Assembly (NCBI GenBank): GCA_040755855.1 | Contig: JBFMAD010000003.1 | Coordinates: 128,001 to 192,000, forward strand | Reading direction: 5' to 3' | Origin: Planctomycetota bacterium | GTDB taxonomy: Bacteria > Planctomycetota > Brocadiia > JAADGH01 | Length of the DNA stretch: 64,000 nucleotides | Shown here: positions 17,012-25,853 of the stretch, piece after piece | Layout of the letters: every line of letters starts with the position of its first letter | Numbering within the stretch: position 1 is the stretch's first letter | The notes under the pieces: generated by a model | Seen by the model: only the letters and a program-made list of their open reading frames with translations | Told to the model about the DNA's origin: nothing | Databases searched by the model: none | Position numbers and translations under genes: made by a program

Positions 17012-18055
17012 ATGGCAAAGTATCGTTCGTTGTTGCTGGGCTGCGGCCCGCGGGCCAAGGAACACATCGCCGTCTATCGTGAGATTGACAACATGGAAAT
17101 GGTCGCCGTCTGCGACCTGCGACCGGAGCGCCGCGAGGCCTTTCAGAAGGAGTTCGGCGTCCCGAAGGCCTATGACGACTACGAAAAGGCCCTCGCCGCC
17201 GAGAGGCCGGACGTCGTACACGTCGTCACCCAGCCCGGCCGGCGCGACTGGGAGATGGAGACGGCGGCAAAGGCCGGCGTGAAGGCGGCGATTGTCGAGA
17301 AGCCGATGGCGATCGTCCCGTCGGACATTCAGAAGCTCGAAAAGATTCACAAGAAGTACGGCATCAAGATCATCGTCAACTGCCAGCGCCGCTACTTCCC
17401 GCAGTTCCACGACGGCACGATCCGCGACATCGTCGAGAACAAGATCGGCAAACTCTACCTCGTCCGCGCCAGCGCCAAGGGCAACACAATGGGCATGGGG
17501 CCGCACCTGATGGACCTGCTTATGCTCTTTCTCGCTGAGGCGCAGCCGCAGGCCGTCTGGGCCATGGCCTATGGGATCAAGGAGGAAGGTTACCAACTCA
17601 GCCACCGCGCCCCGGAACACATCCTGGCCGAATACTGGTTCCCGAACGACGTCCGCGTCATCTTTGACTGCGACACCGACGCCCTCGGCACGCCGGGGGA
17701 GGAGTCGTTCTGGATGCACCTGCACTTCGACTTCCTCGGGAGCGAGGGCCGGTTGTATCTGACGCAGAACAAAGGTTATTGGTATCAGTCCCACGGCATG
17801 GCCGAGCCCGTCTGCGGCGAGAGCAGTTGGGACAACCAGGGCTTTGGCGGCCAGCGCGACTTCACCAAGGCCGTGGCCGACTGGCTCGACGGCGGCGAGC
17901 CGCACCTGAACCGCTTCGAGGTCGGCAAGGCGGTCTTCGACGCCCTCATCGCCGCCCAGGCGTCGGTGTACTATGGGAAGAAGATCAACCTGCCCTGCGA
18001 GTTCAGCGACGAACAATGGACGGAGCTGCGGGAGCGACTGAAGAAGATCGGGTAA
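17012..18055 (+). CDS. Gfo/Idh/MocA family oxidoreductase
   Basis: LLGCGPRA, VEKPMA, NCQRRY and GPHLMD; AAGGAG RBS. Confidence 0.88.
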   Translation: MAKYRSLLLGCGPRAKEHIAVYREIDNMEMVAVCDLRPERREAFQKEFGVPKAYDDYEKALAAERPDVVHVVTQPGRRDWEMETAAKAGVKAAIVEKPMAIVPSDIQKLEKIHKKYGIKIIVNCQRRYFPQFHDGTIRDIVENKIGKLYLVRASAKGNTMGMGPHLMDLLMLFLAEAQPQAVWAMAYGIKEEGYQLSHRAPEHILAEYWFPNDVRVIFDCDTDALGTPGEESFWMHLHFDFLGSEGRLYLTQNKGYWYQSHGMAEPVCGESSWDNQGFGGQRDFTKAVADWLDGGEPHLNRFEVGKAVFDALIAAQASVYYGKKINLPCEFSDEQWTELRERLKKIG

Positions 18056-18072
18056 GTTCGGCAAAAATTGTG

Positions 18073-19455
18073 ATGAATCTCAGATCGCTGGTTGTGGTCT
18101 TGGTCCTGCTGGCTGCTGCCGCTGCGCGCGGCGAGACATACTATGTCAACAACAAGGCCGGCAATGACGAGAACGACGGCCTATCAGCCGAGAAAGCCTT
18201 TGCCACCATTGCCCGTGCGATAAAGACCTGCAAGACATCGGATACGCTTTCCTTGGCGAATACCGGAACGCCGTATCGCGAGCCGATTCCGCTTGCGAAT
18301 CTGGGTGGGACGCCGGCAAAGCCCTTCGTGATCGAAGGGAACGGGGCGGTGATCTCCGGCCTGCGCGAGATTAAGCCGGAGCAGTGGACGAAGAATGGCG
18401 ATGTGTATGAGATCAAGGGGGAGAAGCCCTACGGGTTCCCATCCTTGCTCATTGACGGCAAGGAGACCCCGCCCGGCGACCCGGCCAAGCTCGAACCGGG
18501 CCAGTGGGCCTGGCCGAAGGATCCGGAGAAGAAGACCGCGGGGACGCTCCGGTTCCGTCCCGAAGCGGGCAAGACGCCCGCCGACTACAAGTTAGAGGCC
18601 ACGCTGGAGGTGTCGGGGTTCCGCGTTGCGTCGTCGAGTTACATCGTCGTGAAAGACCTCGTGAGCGAATGGCACTCCAACGACGGCTTCAACATCCACG
18701 GCGACTGCCGAGGCATCTACTGCGAGAACATCGAAGGGCGCTTCAACGGCGACGACGGCTTCAGCATCCACGAGGCGATCGAGGCCGTAGTGCGCAACGG
18801 GCACTTCCACCATAACGGATCGGGCATCGAGGACGTGAACCTGTCGCGGTCGTTCTACTCCGGCCTGCGCGTGCATGACAACCGGCGGCTCGGCGTCCTG
18901 CTTATTGGGGCCTTCCACAGCGCGGTGGACGCGGTGGTGTATGACAACCCCTTCAACTTCAAGCTGACTCCCGGCGCGACGAAGCACCTCGTCGGCGGCG
19001 AGCAAAGCCCGATCCGCGACACGTCGGTCTATCTGCAGAACGTTGTGGCATGGGGCGGAGAGTACGGCGTCCAGGCCACGGGAGGGGCGCGGGCGATGAT
19101 CGTCAACTGCATCTTCGCCGACTCGAAGGTCGGCATCGAGATGACCGGGGAGAGTCGGGTCAACCTGACAAAAAGCATTGTGGCGAATTGCGGCGATGTC
19201 GAGCTTGGCTGCAAGGGCAAGGAGTTTTTCGGCGACTATAACGTCTATTTTCCGGGGCGATTCCTCGTCGGCGCTCAGAAGTTCATGCCGGAGCAATGGG
19301 ATGACTTCCGAAAAGCCGTGGGTTATAACGAGAATTCGCTCCTCCAGGACCCGAAGCTATCGGAGGGCCAACGACTGACAGAGGAATCGCCGAAGGCGAT
19401 CGGAAAGTATTCCATCGGGCCGACGGCATTCTATGTGGGGCAGATGGGGGATTGA
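18073..19455 (+). CDS. Exported right-handed parallel beta-helix protein
   Basis: Signal peptide MNLRSLVVVLVLL; TYYVNN...GNDENDG...AFATIARA, NDGFNIHG and NGDDGFSIHE. Confidence 0.8.
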   Translation: MNLRSLVVVLVLLAAAAARGETYYVNNKAGNDENDGLSAEKAFATIARAIKTCKTSDTLSLANTGTPYREPIPLANLGGTPAKPFVIEGNGAVISGLREIKPEQWTKNGDVYEIKGEKPYGFPSLLIDGKETPPGDPAKLEPGQWAWPKDPEKKTAGTLRFRPEAGKTPADYKLEATLEVSGFRVASSSYIVVKDLVSEWHSNDGFNIHGDCRGIYCENIEGRFNGDDGFSIHEAIEAVVRNGHFHHNGSGIEDVNLSRSFYSGLRVHDNRRLGVLLIGAFHSAVDAVVYDNPFNFKLTPGATKHLVGGEQSPIRDTSVYLQNVVAWGGEYGVQATGGARAMIVNCIFADSKVGIEMTGESRVNLTKSIVANCGDVELGCKGKEFFGDYNVYFPGRFLVGAQKFMPEQWDDFRKAVGYNENSLLQDPKLSEGQRLTEESPKAIGKYSIGPTAFYVGQMGD

Positions 19456-19503
19456 GAGATGGAGCTTTGGCGCATGAATTCATTCTGATTGGAGAATTAA
19501 CCA

Positions 19504-19998
19504 ATGGCAGGCTCCAGGAGAGAAAGGCGTGAGAGGGAACGGGAGATGCGCAGGCAGCTCAAGAAGTTTGGAAAGGAGACCATGACCAAACTTGGCGCGG
19601 GGCAAGCAGTTCTCGATCCATGCGGCGAGGTTAAGATGTCGGAGGTCTTGAACGATCTTATTGAGCCGTATCTTCCCCCCGGTGCGGACATAGAGCTTAC
19701 ACGTATGATTGTAACCTTGGGCGCGCTTGCCTGGAACCTGTCCCTCTCTGAAGATGGAGACCATCGGCCGAGATTTCATGAAGCCGGTCAAGAGATCAAG
19801 GCTGAGATCGAAAACCGATTCGGGAACGACATTCAGACGATTCTGAGCGAAATGATTGTCAGAAAGAAGGCGTTGTTTCCTCATCATAGCCGCTACATCG
19901 TGAATTGCGAATTGATAAGGGAGGGGGGAGGACATAAACTTCTCGTGGCGTCCACTCTTTCCTCTAAACAAGGCGAGAAGCACGAACCATCATCGTGA
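19504..19998 (+). CDS. Hypothetical protein
   Basis: GGAG RBS; 164 aa with KMSEVL...AWNL...RKKALFP; composition less GC-biased than neighbours. Confidence 0.65.
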   Translation: MAGSRRERREREREMRRQLKKFGKETMTKLGAGQAVLDPCGEVKMSEVLNDLIEPYLPPGADIELTRMIVTLGALAWNLSLSEDGDHRPRFHEAGQEIKAEIENRFGNDIQTILSEMIVRKKALFPHHSRYIVNCELIREGGGHKLLVASTLSSKQGEKHEPSS

Positions 19999-20101
19999 TG
20001 CAGCCGTCTTGCGACGGACGGCAAGCCGCAAGGGGGCTTTCGAGTCCGGCTTGAGGAGCTTAACTGCATACTGTATCGTCACTTGTGTCAAAGGATAGGA
20101 C

Positions 20102-21082
20102 ATGCCCAGCGTCGATGCGGATCTGAAATTTGACCCGGCAAAGGTCTGTGATGTCGTCGGGGAATTCCTTCGGGCGTCGCTGGCTCGCCTCGAGGCCGAC
20201 GGTTTTGTGTTGGGGCTGAGCGGCGGCGTGGACTCGGCCGTGGTCGCGGCGCTCGTGTGCAGGACCATCGGTCCCGGTTCGTTGCTCGGGATGATGCTGC
20301 CGGACCTCGACAGCGACCCGCAAAGCGAGACGGATGCGCGGCTCGTGGCGAAGGCATTCGGCTTTGAGGTCCGCAGGCAGAAGACCTGGCCTGCGTTGAA
20401 GAAGCTTGGCGTCTACAATATCTTCTGGCCGATCTATTATCTCCCTCGTTCGCTGAAGCGAAGGATATACGAGCGCGAGCACGCCGCCCGAAACCAGACA
20501 CCGGGCCAGGTCTTCTTAGATACGCGGCTGGGAACCAGGGACAAGGACCTCCGACGCTTCAATGCCTTTCTCCGCGCCAAGGGCCGGATGCGGACGCTGG
20601 CTCTCTACATCCCTGCCGAGCTGGAGAACCGGCTGGTCGTGGGCACCACGAACTACAGCGAGTACATCATCGGATGGTTCACAAAGTGGGGCGACTCCCT
20701 ATCGGACATCTCCCCCATCGTTGATCTTTACAAGACGCAGGTGTGGGAGATGGCGCGGTATCTTGGCGTGCCCGAAAAGATCATCCACAAGCGGCCTTCC
20801 CCCGATCTCGTCGCCGGTTTGTTCGACGAGGACGGCATCGGCATGCCCTATCGCACGCTCGATCTGATCCTTGCCGGCATCAATCGCGGTTTGCCGGATG
20901 CGGAAATCGCGAAACAGGCCGACATGCCCGTGGAGCGCGTCGGCTATGTCTATGAGCTGATCCGCCGATCCCAGCACATGCGGGATATGCCTACCTTCCC
21001 GAACCTGGGCATTGGGAAGCGCATCTACTCCGCGTCCGAGATCGGCACACCCCCGGGACGCGGCGCGGAGGCCGCGGATTAG
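20102..21082 (+). CDS. nadE: NH3-dependent NAD+ synthetase
   Basis: LGLSGGVDSAV, GRMR, GTTNYSE, GWFTKWGD, DLYKTQV and PSPDL. Confidence 0.9.
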   Translation: MPSVDADLKFDPAKVCDVVGEFLRASLARLEADGFVLGLSGGVDSAVVAALVCRTIGPGSLLGMMLPDLDSDPQSETDARLVAKAFGFEVRRQKTWPALKKLGVYNIFWPIYYLPRSLKRRIYEREHAARNQTPGQVFLDTRLGTRDKDLRRFNAFLRAKGRMRTLALYIPAELENRLVVGTTNYSEYIIGWFTKWGDSLSDISPIVDLYKTQVWEMARYLGVPEKIIHKRPSPDLVAGLFDEDGIGMPYRTLDLILAGINRGLPDAEIAKQADMPVERVGYVYELIRRSQHMRDMPTFPNLGIGKRIYSASEIGTPPGRGAEAAD

Positions 21083-21088
21083 GCGCTG

Positions 21089-22246
21089 CTATTTCTGCTT
21101 CTCCGCCCACTGCTTCTTCATCATCTTCATCTCGTCGTTCAGGACGACCTTCTTCTGCGTGGTATGGGCCTTCTTGTCAATGATCCAGTCGCCGTCCTTC
21201 ACGCGCATCACGGGGCGCCGCTTCTCGACGGGCACAATCCCGAATTTCTTGTGCGGCTCCGTCTGATACCAGTAAGCGACCGACGACACATCGTTCGCCA
21301 GGTGGTTTCCATGCCCGTGCTCAATCGTTGCCTTGATCTCTCGCTTGAAGTGCACGGGGTTTGTCAAGTGAAAGATGTATGAGGTCTGGTATCCCCCGGT
21401 GTTTTGCTCGTAGATCGAACTGCCGTTGAAGAGGAAGGCATTGGGCTGCATGCCCCAGGCTTGGTTGAGGTAGTCCTCGCTGCCGGTGCCGTGCAGGTCG
21501 GGCGGCCACTTGTAGCCGTCCACCCAGATCATGTCGTCGCCCTCGCCCCACCAGGTGCCCTGGAAGTTGGCGACGGACAGATTGCAGCCGATGTAGTGCC
21601 CCCGCCCCTCGGCTTCAAGGATCAGGTAGTTGTTGTCCCAGGCCAGTTTTTCCTTGTTGACGATGTTGGCCTCTGGCGTGTTGACGCGGATCTCATGCGC
21701 CCAGCCGTCGGTAGGATTCTCGCGGCGGAACTGGGCGTGGAGATAGGCCGTGTCCTTGCCAAGCGGCTTGTCGTGTAGCTCGTAGTCTATGTAAAAGTAC
21801 TGGCCGTAAGGCTCTTTACCTTCGTTGGTTACTTCAACCCTCGCCGAGCGATTGAAGGGCATCTGGAGGTAGCAGTTCAGCGCCGCGTTCGCGCCGAAGT
21901 GGTTGTGCCGCCCGCCATGCGCCGAGGCCGTGAAGGGCAGCGACTGGAACGAGTTGACGATGCAATGGCCGAGGCAGAAAAAGTCGCCGAGCGGCGCGAT
22001 AACGCTCGGGTTCTTCTCCCCATCCCAATACATTTTGAGCACCACGTCGCGGTAGGTCCACTGGCCGCCCTGCGTCATCCAGATGTGCGTAATGCAGCCG
22101 GGACCTTTCAGGTCGGCCAAGACCTTCGTCTCTCCGGGGGGAATCCGCCAGCTGTCCGCATTGCGACCGCTCACGTCAAACGACGAAGCCCGAAGCGTTT
22201 TTGCGTTCTGAATTCTTGTCAATGAACTGAGCAATCCAGTGTCCAT
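21089..22246 (-). CDS. DUF2961 / GH172-like glycoside hydrolase
   Basis: GPGCITHIWMT, MYWDGE, PLGDFF, WWGEGD, GTGSEDY and IEHGH. Confidence 0.9.
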   Translation of the reverse strand: MDTGLLSSLTRIQNAKTLRASSFDVSGRNADSWRIPPGETKVLADLKGPGCITHIWMTQGGQWTYRDVVLKMYWDGEKNPSVIAPLGDFFCLGHCIVNSFQSLPFTASAHGGRHNHFGANAALNCYLQMPFNRSARVEVTNEGKEPYGQYFYIDYELHDKPLGKDTAYLHAQFRRENPTDGWAHEIRVNTPEANIVNKEKLAWDNNYLILEAEGRGHYIGCNLSVANFQGTWWGEGDDMIWVDGYKWPPDLHGTGSEDYLNQAWGMQPNAFLFNGSSIYEQNTGGYQTSYIFHLTNPVHFKREIKATIEHGHGNHLANDVSSVAYWYQTEPHKKFGIVPVEKRRPVMRVKDGDWIIDKKAHTTQKKVVLNDEMKMMKKQWAEKQK

Positions 22247-22311
22247 CTGTTATCCCTCCGATTGCTACCTCTCTTGCCAGCAGGCAGAGCGCTCGCCCTG
22301 CACGTGAATCT

Positions 22312-22343
22312 AATCCGCAATCCGAAATCCGCAATCCCCAATC
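22312..22343. repeat. Heptamer tandem repeat (AATCCGC-type)
   Basis: AATCCGC AATCCGA AATCCGC AATCCCC AATC; same family as 5168-5197. Confidence 0.8.
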
Positions 22344-22346
22344 GGC

Positions 22347-22868
22347 TCAATCGTCGTCGTCTTCGATTTTCGTCACCTGTCCCGTGTTCGAATTGACTTC
22401 CACTTCCTTAACCGCGCCGTCGGTATAGATGTCCACTTCAAACTTCGGTGTGCCCATCGTGTCTACGAGATCAACGTCAATCACCTGTCCGGGCACTTTT
22501 TCCAGCGCGACCTCCATCGCCTTGGCGAGTGTGATCGTCATCCGGTCCCACTTGTAAAGGCCGAAGCGCACCTCCGACCGGTCCGATTGCTTGACCACTT
22601 CCCCATTCTCACAACCAACGTCCACCGTGTGCCGCCGGCCCATCTTGCAGATGCGCACTTCATAGACCGGGACCCCGGTATCTATTTCGACCTGCATCTC
22701 GTAGGCCACGGCCCCCTCCCCCGCAGCCTTCAGGGCGATCTCGACCGCCTGCATCGGCGTGACCTTCGCGCTCTTCACGGCATTCGCGCACGCTGTGGGA
22801 TTATCGTCGGCAAAGACCACCGTTGCAGTCAAAAACATCGCCAGTATTATCAGACCTCGACCTCTCAT
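22347..22868 (-). CDS. Exported PepSY-domain protein (two PepSY repeats)
   Basis: Signal peptide; VTPMQAVEIAL...VYEV...NGEVV and ITLAKAMEVAL...FEV...NTGQV. Confidence 0.8.
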   Translation of the reverse strand: MRGRGLIILAMFLTATVVFADDNPTACANAVKSAKVTPMQAVEIALKAAGEGAVAYEMQVEIDTGVPVYEVRICKMGRRHTVDVGCENGEVVKQSDRSEVRFGLYKWDRMTITLAKAMEVALEKVPGQVIDVDLVDTMGTPKFEVDIYTDGAVKEVEVNSNTGQVTKIEDDDD

Positions 22869-23695
22869 GATTGCGCCTCCTTCATCGCTTGACTCAAAAC
22901 CTTGTAACAGAACTCCGCCGCCTTGCATGGATCGTAATCGGGCCGATTGGACACCATGCCGCTCACCTCGACCGTGATGAAGTCATCCCACCCGGCCTTG
23001 GCCATGGCCTTGAAGTAGGCCGCGTAGTCGAAGTCCCCCTCGCCCGGAAGCAGGAACTTGACCTTGCCGTTCTCCATGCGGCCGTCCTTCACGTGGGTGT
23101 GCACGGCATGGGGAACGAGCACCGGGACGCACTGGGCGATCGTCATGCCGACGACGGCGAAGTGGCTGATGTCGAAGTTCACCTTGATGTTCGGGTGCTT
23201 CATCCGCTCCATGACCCACACGGCCTTCTCCGGCACATCAAATTGCCCGCCCACATGGGGTTCGATGGCGAACACAACATCAAGATCCTTGCCGATCTTC
23301 GCGTAGTCCTCCAGCCGGCGGACGAGTTCCTCGCGGAACGCCTCCCACGGTCCCTTGCCTCCGCCCATGGTGCTGGTGACGACCGGCTTTCGGCCCGCGG
23401 TCAGGTCAACGGCGAGCTGCGCGGTCTTGCGGAACTCGTCGAGATTCTTCTCGTGAATCCCGGCCTCATCGCCCATGACCTTGAGCAGGAGCATGAGCGA
23501 GGGAACGGCCATGCCGTGTCTCTGCAACACGTTCCGAAGCGTCTCACGGCGCCTCTTGTCCATTTTGCCCGGGTCGGCGCAGAAGCGATCCGTCGCCGTG
23601 ATCTCCAGCCCTTCATATCCGATCTCCGCCAGGCGGGGTACGGCGTCTTCCGGCATGATTCCAGGCAATCCATACGTTCCATAGGCCAGCTTCAT
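22865..23695 (-). CDS. Sugar phosphate isomerase/epimerase (xylose isomerase-like TIM barrel)
   Basis: GYEGLE, AIEPH, NFDISH, HTHVKD, PGEG and ITVEV. Confidence 0.9.
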   Translation of the reverse strand: MKLAYGTYGLPGIMPEDAVPRLAEIGYEGLEITATDRFCADPGKMDKRRRETLRNVLQRHGMAVPSLMLLLKVMGDEAGIHEKNLDEFRKTAQLAVDLTAGRKPVVTSTMGGGKGPWEAFREELVRRLEDYAKIGKDLDVVFAIEPHVGGQFDVPEKAVWVMERMKHPNIKVNFDISHFAVVGMTIAQCVPVLVPHAVHTHVKDGRMENGKVKFLLPGEGDFDYAAYFKAMAKAGWDDFITVEVSGMVSNRPDYDPCKAAEFCYKVLSQAMKEAQS

Positions 23696-23713
23696 GATTG
23701 TTTGTCTCTCCTC

Positions 23714-24712
23714 TCAAGTCCAATCAAAGACAACACCGAGATATTCGTTCTTACGATTCAGCAGACCGTCAAAGGCTTCTTGCGCCTGCTCGGGTTTGAG
23801 AACATGGGTCACCAGGGGTTCCGTCTTGAGGCGGCCATCGGCCATCATGCGAAAGATGATCTCCGCATTCCGCGCCATGGAGTGCTTGGAGAATCCGTCA
23901 GGATAGAGCGGATACCGCCACTCATGCGCTCCTTTCATGACGATGGATCCATGATCGCGCCACAGATGCACGGCGTTTAGCAGAGGCACAATATCCGTCT
24001 CATGCTCTCCTCTGGGCGAGCCGAGCAGGATCACTTCGCCCTGCTTGGCGGTCACCGACGTGGCCAGTTCCATCACCGCCGGATTGCCCGTGGCCTCGAC
24101 GACGTACTCCACCCCATGGCCGTTGGTGAAGTCCATGATCTTTGCTCGGGCGTCTTCGGTCTTCGGGTTGACGGTCTTGTCCAGGCCGCATGCCCGCGCC
24201 GTCTTGAGCCGCGCATCCTCCGCATCGGCCACGATCACATCCACCCCCGAGTGCTTGAGCAGTTGCGCGCAGAAGTTGCCGACCAGCCCCATGCCGGTGA
24301 CGAGGGCGCGGTCGCCCAGTTCGGGGCGTCCCACACGCACCGCCGTGATGGCCACAAGGGCCAGGCCGACCAGCGGCGCATGGCACAGGTTGACTCCATC
24401 GGGGACCTTCACGCACATCTTCGTCGCCTTCGCGTGGCTGATGTGGGTCGAGTGGGTGAACACCCGGTCGCCGGGCCGGAAGTCCTTGACCTGCTTGCCT
24501 ACTTCGATCACCTCCCCCACCGCTCGATTGCCGGGAACGAAGGGGTACTTGACGTCCTGCAGGCCGGTGTACTTGGCCAGTTCCGTTCCGGCGCTCACGA
24601 CGCTGTAGAGCGTGCGGATGAGGACATCCTGCGGCCCGACAGCCAGGTCCCGTTCGACCTCTTCATACACGACCTTTTTGACTTCGGTAAAACATACTTG
24701 TCGAATTTTCAT
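23714..24712 (-). CDS. MDR-family (zinc-binding-type) alcohol dehydrogenase-like protein
   Basis: Start reassigned to MKIRQ; SVVSAGTE, YPFVPG, GMGLVG and VVEATG. Confidence 0.85.
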   Translation of the reverse strand: MKIRQVCFTEVKKVVYEEVERDLAVGPQDVLIRTLYSVVSAGTELAKYTGLQDVKYPFVPGNRAVGEVIEVGKQVKDFRPGDRVFTHSTHISHAKATKMCVKVPDGVNLCHAPLVGLALVAITAVRVGRPELGDRALVTGMGLVGNFCAQLLKHSGVDVIVADAEDARLKTARACGLDKTVNPKTEDARAKIMDFTNGHGVEYVVEATGNPAVMELATSVTAKQGEVILLGSPRGEHETDIVPLLNAVHLWRDHGSIVMKGAHEWRYPLYPDGFSKHSMARNAEIIFRMMADGRLKTEPLVTHVLKPEQAQEAFDGLLNRKNEYLGVVFDWT

Positions 24713-24848
24713 TCTATGCTCTCTGTATTCTATTCCGTCCAATCGGAACGGAATTGTACCACGAACCCATTTCACAGGCAATGGGGAATCCGGCAGGCCG
24801 CAAGGAAAAAGGTCCATAAACTGATTGACAAATAGTCGAAAGAAGACG

Positions 24849-24888
24849 TTGAAATCTCGACTGAAAAGTTGTACAATAATGCTGTACT
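24849..24888 (+). promoter_or_regulatory. yefM-yoeB promoter with TGTAC(A) operator cores
   Basis: TTGAAA-17-TACAAT; TGTACA (24870) and TGTACT (24883) match the TGTACA core of YefM-type operators. Confidence 0.7.
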
Positions 24889-24913
24889 GGTTTAGGATTT
24901 CAGGAGATGAACA

Positions 24914-25201
24914 GTGGCAATCCATACGACATATTCCAAGGCCCGGGCGGAACTTGCCAAATTGTGCAACAAAGTGTCCGAGGATAAGGAGGTCGTCCTC
25001 ATCAATCGGCGGAACGCAGAGGATGTGGCGCTGATGTCCGCGTCGGAACTTTCGAGCCTGTTGGAGACCGCACACCTGCTGCGGTCACCGCGCAATGCGC
25101 GCCGTTTGCTAACAGCCCTGAATCGCGCCCTTGCGCGGAGGGGAAGGCGGCAAAGCCCAGACAAGCTCAGGAGAGAATTAGGTCTTGATGACGAGCAGTG
25201 A
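24914..25201 (+). CDS. yefM: Phd/YefM family antitoxin
   Basis: TYSKARAELAKLCNKV...VLINRR...LETAHLLRSPRNARRL. Confidence 0.92.
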   Translation: MAIHTTYSKARAELAKLCNKVSEDKEVVLINRRNAEDVALMSASELSSLLETAHLLRSPRNARRLLTALNRALARRGRRQSPDKLRRELGLDDEQ

Positions 25202-25481
25202 AGGATCGGCCTCTCGCAGGCCCAAGAGAGACGCCGTATTTCACCCGGAATTCCGAGAGGATCTTGCGTATTGGGTGAGAATGGATCGCAAGACCGCCTT
25301 GCGAGCGTTTGACCTCATCGAGGCAATTATGCGCGATCCGTTTCGCGGGATTGGAAAGCCCGAACCGCTGAGATACCTGGCACCAGGCGCATGGTCGAGA
25401 CGCCTCACGCAAGAACATCGAATCGTCTACTATGTCGCCGAAGGCCGCATAGACTTTCTTCAGGCGCGATACCACTACTGA
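25188..25481 (+). CDS. yoeB: Txe/YoeB family toxin
   Basis: DLAYW, PFRGIGKPEPL, WSRRLTQEHRIVY and C-terminal RYHY. Confidence 0.93.
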   Translation: MTSSEGSASRRPKRDAVFHPEFREDLAYWVRMDRKTALRAFDLIEAIMRDPFRGIGKPEPLRYLAPGAWSRRLTQEHRIVYYVAEGRIDFLQARYHY

Positions 25482-25551
25482 AGGTGGAACACCCGTAGGT
25501 GCTCAATATGGCTGCCACTATATGGGATTTCGCATCCTCTTGGAGACGCCG

Positions 25552-25749
25552 ATGCGAACAGTATTGAACATCGAAGATGAACTGATTGAAAAAGCATCAC
25601 TACTGACCGGCGTCAAGGATAAGACGTCCCTGGTGCGGATGGGCTTAGAGTCCCTGATTGCATTGGAAAGCGGCAGGCGGTTGGCGAAACTGGGCGGAAC
25701 GGAGCGAAAGCTGGGATGGATTCCGCGACGACGGATCAGGGGCAAATAG
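25552..25749 (+). CDS. VapB-like antitoxin (orphan)
   Basis: MRTVLNIEDELIEKA...TGVKDKTSLVRMGL...LAKLGG; GGAG RBS; no PIN toxin follows. Confidence 0.8.
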   Translation: MRTVLNIEDELIEKASLLTGVKDKTSLVRMGLESLIALESGRRLAKLGGTERKLGWIPRRRIRGK

Positions 25750-25853
25750 ACGGTCCCCAGGAGGCAGAAGGGGCTGCTTTCGAATCCTTCGGCATCCGTC
25801 CCGACAACTGGGAAACGGCGATGTAATGCTCAACTTCGTTCCGCAGGTCGGTT

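Noticed and set aside
17779..18072. N-terminal extension of the beta-helix ORF
   Set aside because: Overlaps the Gfo gene in another frame; the signal peptide begins at 18073.
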